DNA of 63,567 nucleotides, counting the filler. It is 5 parts of 5 records of this genome, joined end to end, with 100 filler letters (N's around TTAATTAATTAA, not from the genome) between each part and the next. Parts side by side here need not be neighbours in the genome. Positions count along the whole stretch, not along the records: positions 25,590 to 37,414 come from DRR723986_2335; positions 37,515 to 43,345 come from DRR723986_2344; 3 more parts are not named here. One strand, written 5' to 3'. The notes below the pieces were generated by a model that was not told where the DNA came from, did no database searches, and saw only the letters and a list, made by a program, of their open reading frames with translations. Below are positions 31,382 through 40,491 of this stretch, in pieces. Made by a program: the position numbers and the translations under genes. Numbering within the stretch: the first letter of the stretch is position 1; the number at the start of each line of letters is the position of its first letter.

Positions 31382-31529
31382 GCCGGCCTCCTGTTGCCAT
31401 GATCTGCGCGCTTCTAGTGCGCCGCGCCACAGGGTGCAAGCATGGCGTGGGCGCAGATAGCGCCGAGAGGGCATTGATTTTCCCGCGCGCACACGGCAAA
31501 CGGGGCCAACGCCTATCGGAGGAGTGCCC

Positions 31530-32321
31530 ATGAGCCGCATCGACGCCAAATTCAAAGCCTTGCAAGCCGAAGGCAAAAAAGCATTCGTATCCTACATCAT
31601 GGGGGGCGATCCCGATTACGCCACCTCGCTTGAGGTGATGAAGGGCCTGCCCGCCGCTGGTGTCGATATCATCGAACTGGGCATGCCCTTTACCGACCCG
31701 ATGGCCGATGGCCCCACCATCCAGCTGGCCGGGCAACGGGCGCTAGAGGCGGGGCAAACCCTGCAAATGACGCTGGATATGGCGCGCGCGTTTCGCAAAA
31801 CCGATACCACAACCCCGATCGTGATGATGGGCTATTACAACCCCATCTATTCCCGCGGTGTTGACACATTTCTGCGCGACGCTGTCGAGGCCGGCATTGA
31901 CGGGCTGATCGTGGTCGATCTGCCGCCCGAAGAAGACACCGAATTGTGCCTGCCCGCGGCCGCTGCCGGCATCAACTTCATCCGCCTGGCCACCCCCACC
32001 ACCGATGACAAGCGCCTGCCAAAGGTGCTGCAAAACACATCGGGGTTTGTCTATTACGTGTCGATCACCGGCATCACCGGCGCAGCCGAGGCGCAGGCCG
32101 CCGATGTGGCGCCCGAAGTGGCGCGGATCAAATCGCAAACCAGCCTGCCGGTGATCGTGGGGTTTGGCATTAAATCGCCCGAAACCGCACAGGCCATCGC
32201 CAGCGTGGCCGATGGCTGTGTTGTGGGCTCGGCCATTGTTTCAGAAATTGCCAGCGGCAAGCCCGTGGCCGAGGTGCTGGCCTATGTCAAATCGCTGGCC
32301 GATGGCGCCCACCGCGCCTAA
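31530..32321 (+). CDS. trpA: Tryptophan synthase alpha subunit
   Basis: [51 protein letters not shown]. Confidence 0.97.
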   Translation: MSRIDAKFKALQAEGKKAFVSYIMGGDPDYATSLEVMKGLPAAGVDIIELGMPFTDPMADGPTIQLAGQRALEAGQTLQMTLDMARAFRKTDTTTPIVMMGYYNPIYSRGVDTFLRDAVEAGIDGLIVVDLPPEEDTELCLPAAAAGINFIRLATPTTDDKRLPKVLQNTSGFVYYVSITGITGAAEAQAADVAPEVARIKSQTSLPVIVGFGIKSPETAQAIASVADGCVVGSAIVSEIASGKPVAEVLAYVKSLADGAHRA

Positions 32322-32337
32322 AAGCAGCAGATAACGC

Positions 32338-32368
32338 AAAAAGGCGGGCACAAGTGCCCGCCTTTTTT
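32338..32368. terminator. Bidirectional rho-independent terminator
   Basis: AAAAAGGCGGGCAC-aa-GTGCCCGCCTTTTTT between convergent trpA and argC. Confidence 0.9.
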
Positions 32369-32405
32369 ATGCCTTGCAGGTTTTATGCCTTGCTTGGGCG
32401 GTGAT

Positions 32406-33329
32406 TTAGCCCACCAGCCCCGCGCCCTCGTCTGTGCCCAGCATAATGTTCAGGTTCTGCACAGCCGCGCCCGATGCCCCCTTGCCCAGATTATCCAACG
32501 TGGCCACCAGCACGGCGCGGTCTTCCTCGGGGCCGCCGAACACAGCCAGCTCCATAAGGTTGGTGTTATTCAGGCGCTGCGGGTCTACCCTGGGGCCAAT
32601 GCTGCCCGGCGCCACCACCTGCACAAAGCGCTGCCCCTGATAATGGGCCTGCAGGCACGCATGAAAATCAGCCGGGGTTTGGCCGGGCTGCAGCAGCAGG
32701 GGGATTTGCACAATCATCCCTTGGGTATAGCGCGCAACCGAGGGCACAAAGATCGGCCGCCGCTGCAGGCCGGCGCTGCGCATGATTTCGGGGATGTGTT
32801 TGTGTTTGTGATCTAGGCCATAGACAAAATAATCAGGCGCTGTGCCGGCCTCGTATTCGCCAATCAAGGCCTTGCCGCCACCGCTATAGCCCGACACGGC
32901 ATTGATCGTCAGCGCCGCATCCGGCGCCACCAGCCCGCCTGCCACCAAAGGCGCCAACAGCGCAATCGCGCCGGTGGAATAGCACCCCGGGTTCGACACA
33001 TATTGCGCGCCGGCAATGGCCGCACGCTGGCCGGGCGCCAATTCAGCAAAGCCATAGACCCAATCGGGGTTCACCCGATGCGCGGTAGAGGCATCGATGA
33101 TGCGGGTGCCATGTGGTGCTGCCAGCGCCACAGCCTCGCGCGCGGCATCATCGGGCAGGCACAAAATTGCCACATCGGCGGCGGCAAAGGCATCGGCGCG
33201 GGCGCTGGCCTCTTTTCGGCGCTCTGGGTCCAGCTGCACCAGCGTGATATCATCGCGCGCGATCAGACGCTCGCGGATCTGCAGACCCGTGGTTCCCGCC
33301 TCGCCATCGATGAATACCTTCCACGCCAT
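32406..33329 (-). CDS. argC: N-acetyl-gamma-glutamyl-phosphate reductase (type 2)
   Basis: [50 protein letters not shown]. Confidence 0.95.
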   Translation of the reverse strand: MAWKVFIDGEAGTTGLQIRERLIARDDITLVQLDPERRKEASARADAFAAADVAILCLPDDAAREAVALAAPHGTRIIDASTAHRVNPDWVYGFAELAPGQRAAIAGAQYVSNPGCYSTGAIALLAPLVAGGLVAPDAALTINAVSGYSGGGKALIGEYEAGTAPDYFVYGLDHKHKHIPEIMRSAGLQRRPIFVPSVARYTQGMIVQIPLLLQPGQTPADFHACLQAHYQGQRFVQVVAPGSIGPRVDPQRLNNTNLMELAVFGGPEEDRAVLVATLDNLGKGASGAAVQNLNIMLGTDEGAGLVG

Positions 33330-33380
33330 GATGCGCACTCCTTTATGAACTTCGCGCCCCGCATACTGGCAATGCAGCGT

Positions 33381-34154
33381 TTAAGCAAGGATCACATCAA
33401 GCAACAGCATCAACACAAGGCCAAATATCAGCCCCGTTGTGGCGCGGTTCTGGTGGCCATGGCGGTGGGTTTCGGGAATGATCTCGTGGCTGATGATATA
33501 GAGCATGGCCCCCGCGGCAAATGTTAGGCCGAGCGGCAAGATATAAACCGACACATGCACCAATGACACGCCCAACAGCCCGCCCACCGGCTCGACCAGG
33601 CCGGTCAGCGTGGCAATCCAAAATGCACGCAGCGCAGAATAGCCCTGCCCGCGCAGCGCCACCGCCACGGCCAGCCCCTCGGGGGCGTTTTGCAGGCCAA
33701 TGCCGGTGGCCAGCGCCAGACCATTGGTCACATTACCGCCGCCAAACCCAATGCCCACGGCCATGCCTTCGGGGAAATTGTGAATGGTGATGGCAATCAC
33801 AAACAGCCAGATCTTTGGCAAGGCACCCGGGTCGGCGCCTTCGGGGCCAACGATGAAATGTTCGTGCGGCAAGGTGGCATTCAGCCAAGCCACCAGCCCA
33901 GCCCCCAAAACAATGCCAAAGCCCGCGGCAAAGGCCGCAGCCGCGACACTGCCATATACCTCTTGGCCCGCCTCGATGCCGGGCAGGATCAGCGAGAAAA
34001 AACTGGCCGAAATCATAACACCGGCGGCAAAGCCCAGCATCATATCGCTGCCGCGGCGCGAGATATCTTTGCCAAACAGCACCGGCAGCGCACCGACAGC
34101 GGTCATCAATCCTGCGGCAAGGCTGGCCAGCAGCCCCAGTGCAATAATGCTCAT
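33381..34154 (-). CDS. ZIP family metal transporter (GufA/ZupT-like)
   Basis: HNFPEGMAVG, QNAPEGLAV, FAAGAML, EIIPETH. Confidence 0.92.
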   Translation of the reverse strand: MSIIALGLLASLAAGLMTAVGALPVLFGKDISRRGSDMMLGFAAGVMISASFFSLILPGIEAGQEVYGSVAAAAFAAGFGIVLGAGLVAWLNATLPHEHFIVGPEGADPGALPKIWLFVIAITIHNFPEGMAVGIGFGGGNVTNGLALATGIGLQNAPEGLAVAVALRGQGYSALRAFWIATLTGLVEPVGGLLGVSLVHVSVYILPLGLTFAAGAMLYIISHEIIPETHRHGHQNRATTGLIFGLVLMLLLDVILA

Positions 34155-34155
34155 C

Positions 34156-34593
34156 TCAGCGCTGCCGTTTCAACATATGGGTGGCCTCGTAGCGCATCAC
34201 CGTGTCACCATCTTGGTTGATCACCGCATAGGCAAATTCCACCATCCCCCGATCGGGCTTGGTTTTCGAGGCCCGCATACTGGTGACTTGGGCGCGCACA
34301 AACAGCCGGTCGCCCGGGCGCACGGGCTTTGTCCATGCCACCTCGCGCATACCGGGCGAGCCCATCGAGGCCTCGTTCCAGATGCCGGCCTGCAACGTCA
34401 GGCGAAACGCCAGCAGCATGGTCTGAAACCCGCTGGCGATGATGCCGCCATAGGCCGAGGCAGCGGCGGCCACCGGATCGATGTGGAAAGGTTGCGGATC
34501 GTAAAGCTTTGCAAACTCTATGATCTCGCTCTCGCTAAGGCTTGCGCTTTCGGTTTCGAACTGAAAGCCGGGGGTAAAATCGTCGAAATACAT
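34156..34593 (-). CDS. MaoC family dehydratase
   Basis: YFDDF, FA..YDPQPFH.D, IASG..T, PVRPGD. Confidence 0.88.
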   Translation of the reverse strand: MYFDDFTPGFQFETESASLSESEIIEFAKLYDPQPFHIDPVAAAASAYGGIIASGFQTMLLAFRLTLQAGIWNEASMGSPGMREVAWTKPVRPGDRLFVRAQVTSMRASKTKPDRGMVEFAYAVINQDGDTVMRYEATHMLKRQR

Positions 34594-34666
34594 CGGCCTG
34601 CCTTTCTTGCCCGGCACCTTATGCCCATTGTCACAAAGCGCAACGCCAAAGCGCGCACTGGCCCCC

Positions 34667-34707
34667 ATGGCCACACAGATGGCGCACGGATGGCGCACGG
34701 ATGGCGC
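34667..34707. repeat. Short tandem repeat, 11-bp unit GATGGCGCACG
   Basis: Two exact copies (34678, 34689), a partial copy (34700) and a degenerate copy upstream, in the maoC/lldD divergent region. Confidence 0.7.
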
Positions 34708-34783
34708 CGAAACGAATTGCAGATTGAAACCACCCGCCCCAATCGGTAAGCTTTTCTTACCAAACCAGCACGAAAGCCCCGCC

Positions 34784-35953
34784 ATGACCGTGATCACCTG
34801 CATCGACGACCTAAAGCAATTGCACCGCCGCCGCGCGCCAAGGATGTTTTACGACTATTGCGAATCTGGCAGCTGGACCGAACAGACCTTTCGCGAAAAC
34901 ACCACCGATTTTGATAAAATCCGCCTGCGCCAGCGGGTGGCGGTGGATATGTCGGGGCGTTCGACCAAAACGCAGATGATCGGCCAAGATGTGGCGATGC
35001 CGGTGGCGCTGGCGCCCGTGGGCCTGACTGGCATGCAATGCGCCGACGGCGAGATCAAAGCCGCCCGCGCCGCCAAGGAATTTGGCGTGCCCTTCACCCT
35101 ATCGACCATGTCGATCAATTCGATCGAAGACGTGGCCGAGGGCACGCGCCACCCGTTTTGGTTTCAGCTTTATACGATGAAAGACCAGGGCTTTGTCAGC
35201 AGCCTGATCCAGCGCGCCAAAGATGCCAATTGCTCGGCCCTGGTGATAACGCTGGATCTGCAGATCTTGGGCCAGCGCCACAAAGACCTGAAAAACGGCC
35301 TGTCGGCACCGCCCAAACCAACGCTGGCAAATATGGTGAACCTGGCCACGAAATGGCAATGGGGGCTGGGGATGCTGGGCGCCAAACGGCGCCATTTCGG
35401 CAATATCGTGGGCCATGTGCAAGGGGTCAGCGATACCGCCAATCTGGCCGCCTGGACGGCCGAACAATTTGACCCGACATTGGATTGGGACAAGATTGCC
35501 AAGATCAAACAGGAATGGGGCGGCAAGGTTATCTTGAAGGGCATTTTGGATGCAGATGATGCCAAAATGGCCATGCAGGTGGGGGCGGATGCCATCATCG
35601 TTTCAAACCATGGCGGGCGGCAGCTGGATGGCGCGCTCAGCTCGATCCGGGCGCTGCCCAGCATTTTAGATGCTGTGGGCGATCAGACCGAGGTGCATTT
35701 AGATAGCGGCATCCGCTCGGGCCAGGATGTGCTGAAAGCCATCGCAATGGGCGCCAAAGGCACCTATATCGGGCGCGCCTTTGTTTATGGTTTGGGCGCT
35801 ATGGGGCAGGCCGGCGTTACAAAGGCGCTGGAAGTGATCCATAAGGAAATGGATATTACCATGGCGCTCTGCGGGCGCCGCCGCATCGACGAGCTGGGCC
35901 GCGATATCTTGCTTGTGCCCGAAGATTTCGAAGGGCGCTGGCAGGCCAGCTAA
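34784..35953 (+). CDS. lldD: FMN-dependent L-lactate dehydrogenase / alpha-hydroxy acid oxidase
   Basis: MFYDY, WFQLY, LGQRHKD, SNHGGRQLDG, DSGIRSGQD. Confidence 0.9.
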   Translation: MTVITCIDDLKQLHRRRAPRMFYDYCESGSWTEQTFRENTTDFDKIRLRQRVAVDMSGRSTKTQMIGQDVAMPVALAPVGLTGMQCADGEIKAARAAKEFGVPFTLSTMSINSIEDVAEGTRHPFWFQLYTMKDQGFVSSLIQRAKDANCSALVITLDLQILGQRHKDLKNGLSAPPKPTLANMVNLATKWQWGLGMLGAKRRHFGNIVGHVQGVSDTANLAAWTAEQFDPTLDWDKIAKIKQEWGGKVILKGILDADDAKMAMQVGADAIIVSNHGGRQLDGALSSIRALPSILDAVGDQTEVHLDSGIRSGQDVLKAIAMGAKGTYIGRAFVYGLGAMGQAGVTKALEVIHKEMDITMALCGRRRIDELGRDILLVPEDFEGRWQAS

Positions 35954-35971
35954 GCCCGCCAGCCCACCCCC

Positions 35972-37414
35972 TTAGCTGCGCTGCGCCGCCAATGCGCTGT
36001 CGCGCATTTGGCTCAGCGTGACCCGGGGCGTCAGCGCCTCGGGCGAGATCACCAGATCCAGCACTGCGCCCGTGCCCGACGCGGTGGCGCGCGCAAAGGC
36101 TGCGGCGAAATCTTCGGTGCGCTCGACCCGCTCGCCATAAAAACCATAGGCGCGCGCCAGTGCTGCAAAATCGGGGTTGGCCATGGTGGTGCCCGATACA
36201 CGCGTGGGGTAGTGGCGCTCTTGGTGGGCGCGGATCGTGCCATAGATGCCATTGTTCAAAATCAAAATCACCGGCTGGGCACCCGCCTGGGCCGCGGTGG
36301 CCAATTCGGCGCAAGTCATCTGAAAATCACCATCGCCCGCAAAGCACAAAACCAGCCGGTCGGGATAGGCCAGCTTGGCCGCAATAGCGGCAGGCACGCC
36401 ATAGCCCATTGCACCACATTGCGGCGCCAAAAGCCGCGCCTTGGGCCCGTAAAGGATGAATTTATTCGGCCATACGGTGAAATTGCCCGCGCCATTGGTC
36501 ACGATCACATCCTCGGGCAGGGTGTCGCGCAGATAGGCGCTGACCTGCCCCATATCCACCGGCGAGGGCAGCGCGGGCAGCTCTAGCCCCTGCAAAAACG
36601 CCTCGCGCCCCGCCTGGCGCCAGGGCGCCCAAGGGCCTGCCAAGGGCGCCAGGCCCCCCAGCGCATGGGCAAAGGCATTTGGCCCGGCCTGAATGCCCAG
36701 AACCGGCGGGTATACTTTGCCAATCTCGGCATCAGACCCGTGCACATGAATAATCTTTTGGCGCGGGTGGGGGTGGCTGAACAGCGTGTAGCCATCGGTT
36801 GAATTTTCGCCAAAGCGGTTGTTTACCGCCAAAATCACATCGGCCTGATCCAACAACTGCCGCACCGAGGCGGTCATGCCCACGCCCGCCTCGCCACAAA
36901 AGCAGGGCGAGTGGTTATCGAACTGATCTTGATAGCGAAAAACCGATACCACCGGAATATCGGCTGCCTCGGCAAAGGCCTGCAGCGCCGCCATGCCACC
37001 TGCCTGCCAATTGCACCCGCCATACAGGATCAATGGCCGCTGTGCCTTGGCCAACAGCGCGTGCATCTGCGCCATGGCGCCGGCATCGGGGGCGGGCTCG
37101 GGCATGGCAAAACCGCCCTGCAGGGCCGCCATATCGGTTTGGCTGGTCAGCATGTCTTCGGGCAGGGCCACAACCACCGGGCCGGGGCGGCCGGTGGTGG
37201 CGGTTTTCCACGCCCGCGAGATGATTTCGGGTATGCGCGTGACATCGTCGATTTCCACAGCCCATTTGACCATGGTGCCAAAAACCGCTTTGTAATCCAG
37301 CTCTTGAAAGGCCTCGCGCCCCTTCATCTGGGTGCCCACCTGGCCCACCAGCAAAATCATCGGCGCGCTATCTTGCATCGCGGTATGCACCCCGATCGAG
37401 GCATTGGTGGCCCC
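35972..37414 (-). CDS. ThDP-dependent acetolactate synthase-like protein (5'-truncated)
   Basis: REAFQE, GRPGPV, GAMGYG.PAA, GDGDF..LNNGIYGTIR. Confidence 0.88.
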   Translation of the reverse strand, partial: GATNASIGVHTAMQDSAPMILLVGQVGTQMKGREAFQELDYKAVFGTMVKWAVEIDDVTRIPEIISRAWKTATTGRPGPVVVALPEDMLTSQTDMAALQGGFAMPEPAPDAGAMAQMHALLAKAQRPLILYGGCNWQAGGMAALQAFAEAADIPVVSVFRYQDQFDNHSPCFCGEAGVGMTASVRQLLDQADVILAVNNRFGENSTDGYTLFSHPHPRQKIIHVHGSDAEIGKVYPPVLGIQAGPNAFAHALGGLAPLAGPWAPWRQAGREAFLQGLELPALPSPVDMGQVSAYLRDTLPEDVIVTNGAGNFTVWPNKFILYGPKARLLAPQCGAMGYGVPAAIAAKLAYPDRLVLCFAGDGDFQMTCAELATAAQAGAQPVILILNNGIYGTIRAHQERHYPTRVSGTTMANPDFAALARAYGFYGERVERTEDFAAAFARATASGTGAVLDLVISPEALTPRVTLSQMRDSALAAQRS

Positions 37415-37514
37415 NNNNNNNNNNNNNNNNNNNNNNNNNNNNNNNNNNNNNNNNNNNNTTAATTAATTAANNNNNNNNNNNNNNNNNNNNNNNNNNNNNN
37501 NNNNNNNNNNNNNN
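37415..37514. other. Artificial contig linker
   Basis: N44-TTAATTAATTAA-N44. Confidence 0.99.
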
Positions 37515-37771
37515 CCGCGCCGCCCGCCGCCGCCGCCGCCGTCGCCCGGGCCCTCGCCCATCCGCATCACGGCGATGCCGAACTGCACCCCCGCGAAGAC
37601 GATCCCGTTGAAGACCCAAAGCAGCACCACCGCCAGCAGGCCTCCCTCGGTGTGCGACACCAGATGCCACAGACGCGCCACGTCGAACCACAGCAGCCCG
37701 GCCACGAAGACCGCCGAAAGGCCGAAACCGGCCAGCACCTGCACGATATACAAGCGGATCAATCTCGGCAT
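37515..37771 (-). CDS. Small two-TM hypothetical membrane protein (3'-truncated)
   Basis: MPRLIRLYI...GF.LSAVFV..LLWF.VA.LWHLV...FNGIVFAGVQF; GGAGG RBS. Confidence 0.75.
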
Positions 37772-37861
37772 CGCCGCACCTCCAAGCCCGGAACCGGCCC
37801 GGACCGCCCGAGCCTCGCATTCAGCCCATAGAATACGTCGGCCTGCCCCGAAGACAAGGCG

Positions 37862-38830
37862 TCACTCTGCCTCGCCCCATCCGGCCCGCACTTGGCGCGC
37901 CCCGATGCCCTCCGACCCCCGGGGCGACACCGACGGGGCGACCCGCTCCAGCCCGGCGCGGGCGGGCCGGTCGCCGGGCCCCAGCACCGCATGGGCCAGC
38001 CCCAGCCGCTCCAGCCCGCGGATCAGCCAGAACCCCGGGTCCCACTGCCCCGGCTCCACACCCAGCCGCGCCGAATGCGGAAAGGCATGGTGGTTGCCGT
38101 GCCAGTTCTCGCCGAAGGTCAGCAGCCCCAGCCCCGGCAGGTTGTAGCCCTGCACCGGCAGCCCCGCCACGCGCCAGCCCTGATGCCCCCTGCGATGCGC
38201 GAAATGCCCCACCGCCCAATGCCCGATCAACGAGACGGCGACCCGCAGGCACACCCCCCAGAGCACGAAGGCCACCCCGCCCAGCAGGAACAGCGGCACC
38301 GCCAGAACCAGTTGCTGCGCCATCCAGTGCCGCTCGATCCAGCGGTAGACCGGGTCCTCCGCCACCTCCGGTTCGATCACGAAGCGCGGCGGTCGGGTCA
38401 GGTCGAAGCGGCAATGCATCTGCCACCACGCATCGCGCCAGAAGCCTGCGCCATGGGCGGGATGCGGCGGGCAATCGGCCTGCCTCTGGTGCCAGTCCCG
38501 CAGGTCATGGGCGCGGATCATGCCGAAGGGCCCCGCCATGCCGACCAGCGTGCCCAGCCAGACCAGCAGGTACTCCAGCGGCTTCGGCACCCGGAAGGCG
38601 CGGTGGATCAGCAGCCGGTGCATCCCCACCGAATGCCCGGCGCAGATCGTCACCGCCGTCGTCCCGACGTAGACCGCCACCGCGCCCCAGCTCGGGACGA
38701 AAAAGGCGCCCACGCCCCCTGCCATCATGGCGAAGAGCCACAGCGACTTGGCCGCGTCCCAGCGGATCGCGCCCTCCGTCGCGCTGGTCCGGTCCTCGGG
38801 GAACACCCGGTCGGTGGCATGAAGCGGCAT
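37862..38830 (-). CDS. Membrane fatty-acid (acyl-CoA delta-9-like) desaturase family protein
   Basis: His boxes GHSVGMHRLLIH and GENWHGNHHAFP, middle box HDLRD; TM segments; GGAGG RBS. Confidence 0.85.
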   Translation of the reverse strand: MPLHATDRVFPEDRTSATEGAIRWDAAKSLWLFAMMAGGVGAFFVPSWGAVAVYVGTTAVTICAGHSVGMHRLLIHRAFRVPKPLEYLLVWLGTLVGMAGPFGMIRAHDLRDWHQRQADCPPHPAHGAGFWRDAWWQMHCRFDLTRPPRFVIEPEVAEDPVYRWIERHWMAQQLVLAVPLFLLGGVAFVLWGVCLRVAVSLIGHWAVGHFAHRRGHQGWRVAGLPVQGYNLPGLGLLTFGENWHGNHHAFPHSARLGVEPGQWDPGFWLIRGLERLGLAHAVLGPGDRPARAGLERVAPSVSPRGSEGIGARQVRAGWGEAE

Positions 38831-38904
38831 GTTGAACCCTCCCCGGCCTGCGGATAAGCTTGAAACGAAATAACCATATAACAATACCGTTAAAAGGTGA
38901 GCCC

Positions 38905-39219
38905 GTGTCAAGCCCCGACAAGGTCTTCGAGGCGCTCTCGTCCACCGTGCGCCGCCGCATCCTTGCCTATCTCTCCGAAGGCCCCCTGACCGTGGGCGCT
39001 GTCGCCGAGCGGTTCGAGATGTCGCAGCCCGCCATCTCGCGGCATCTGGCCCTGCTGGAGGCGGCGGGGCTGGTCTGGAAGAAGCGCGAGGGCCAGTTCG
39101 TCCTCTACGGCATGAAGGCCGATACGCTGGCCGGAACGCTCGCGGGATTCCTGCAAGAGGTCTGCCCGCCCAGCCGCGCCCTGAAGGCAGAGCGGCGCGC
39201 CGACCGCGACGCGCCCTAG
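38905..39219 (+). CDS. ArsR/SmtB family transcriptional regulator
   Basis: GTG start after AAAGGTGA; VFEALS..RR.IL..L...SQPAISRHL..L..AGLV...REGQ. Confidence 0.88.
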   Translation: MSSPDKVFEALSSTVRRRILAYLSEGPLTVGAVAERFEMSQPAISRHLALLEAAGLVWKKREGQFVLYGMKADTLAGTLAGFLQEVCPPSRALKAERRADRDAP

Positions 39220-39261
39220 CGGCCCGTCCGGCATGGGGGCGGCGGCAGGGCGCCGGGACGG

Positions 39262-39450
39262 CGTTAACGAATCATGACGCTACGTCATCCGGATTTCTGC
39301 GCGAACCGGCCGGAAAGCCGCCGCGAACCGGCCGGTTCACCCCTTCCAGCGCGTCAATACCTGTGAAGATCCCGTTGATCGCCGGGGCAGCGAGGCGCCG
39401 AATCACACCATATGTGGTGATCCGTCCCCGGGCGCACGCCGCGTTAACCC
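39262..39450 (-). repeat. Dispersed ~190-bp non-coding element, copy 1
   Basis: Reverse complement aligns collinearly with 61130-61315; 59-bp core 39299-39357 matches at 52/59 by hand. Confidence 0.75.
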
Positions 39451-39469
39451 GCAGCGCGCGGTGCCTTCA

Positions 39470-39943
39470 TCAAAAGGACTCGGGCTTCGCCTCGCGCGCC
39501 ATGTGATCGAGCACGGCGTTGACGAATTTCGGCTCGCGCCCCTCGGGGAAGAAGGCGCTGGCGATCTCGACATATTCCACGATCACCACCTTGGGCGGCG
39601 TGTCCGTAGCGACGAATTCCGCCCCCGCGGCCCGGAAGAGCGCGCGCAGGGTCGGGTCGATCCGGTCGATCTTCCACTTCGCCACGATGGCGCGGTCGGT
39701 CATCTGGTCGATCTTGGCCTGCCAGTTGACGACCTCGTTCAAGATCTTGGAAAACAACGGAATATCGCCGTCCAGCATCTCATCCCCCTCGGGGGTGACG
39801 GCGCCGAAACGGTGCTCGAGGAACTCTCCGCGCACCTTGTCGGCGGTCTGGCCGGAATGCTCCATCTGGAACAGCGCCTGCACCGCGTAAAGCCGCGAGG
39901 CAGAGCGCATCTTGCGTTTCTGGTTGCCGGAAACCTGGGTCAT
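39470..39943 (-). CDS. nusB: Transcription antitermination factor NusB
   Basis: RSASRLYAVQALFQME, W.IDRIDPTLRA, KFVNAVLD; downstream of ribH. Confidence 0.95.
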   Translation of the reverse strand: MTQVSGNQKRKMRSASRLYAVQALFQMEHSGQTADKVRGEFLEHRFGAVTPEGDEMLDGDIPLFSKILNEVVNWQAKIDQMTDRAIVAKWKIDRIDPTLRALFRAAGAEFVATDTPPKVVIVEYVEIASAFFPEGREPKFVNAVLDHMAREAKPESF

Positions 39944-40491
39944 GCGGTGGCCGGTCCTTTCCCCTCGGCCGCGATCATCACCTCGTCGGGCGTCGCGCGG
40001 AAGCCCACGCCCTTGCGGGCGGCGCCGAATTTCCGAGTGATTGCAAGCAGATGCAGCGCAGCCGCCGCCGCGCCGCCACCCTTGTTCTGACCATCCGATT
40101 CGGCCCGGACCCGGGCCTGCTCGTAATTTTCGACCGTGAGGATGCCATTGCCGATGCACAGGCCCTGCAGGCCCAACAGCGTGATGGCCCGCGAGGAATC
40201 GTTGCACACCGTGTCGTAATGCGTTGTTTCGCCACGAATAACGCAGCCCAGCGCGACATAGGCGTCGAAGTTGGACAGACGCTCGGCGATGCCGATGGCG
40301 CTGGGGATCTCCAGCGCGCCGGGCACCTCGATGGTCTCATGCCAGCCGCCCGCGGCCTCGATCTCGGCCCGGGCGCCCTTCACCAGCTCATCCGCGATCG
40401 CCTTGTAATAGGGCGCCACGACGATCAACACCTTGACGGGCTTGTCGAATTCCGCCCGCGGCAGGGTGTAGTGCTGCTCGTTTGACGCCAT
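39940..40491 (-). CDS. ribH: 6,7-dimethyl-8-ribityllumazine synthase
   Basis: VPGALEIP, LGCVIRGETTHYD, GNGILT, NKG. Confidence 0.96.
   Translation of the reverse strand: MASNEQHYTLPRAEFDKPVKVLIVVAPYYKAIADELVKGARAEIEAAGGWHETIEVPGALEIPSAIGIAERLSNFDAYVALGCVIRGETTHYDTVCNDSSRAITLLGLQGLCIGNGILTVENYEQARVRAESDGQNKGGGAAAAALHLLAITRKFGAARKGVGFRATPDEVMIAAEGKGPATA

Noticed and set aside
39301..39340. Direct repeat GCGAACCGGCCGG considered as a possible CRISPR array
   Set aside because: Only two 13-bp units with a 9-nt gap and no cas genes; it is part of the dispersed element reported above.
39402..39421. NrdR-box-like imperfect palindrome ATCACACCATATGTGGTGAT
   Set aside because: A single site between convergent genes with no ribonucleotide reductase nearby, and degenerate in the second copy of the element, so a regulatory call is not supported.
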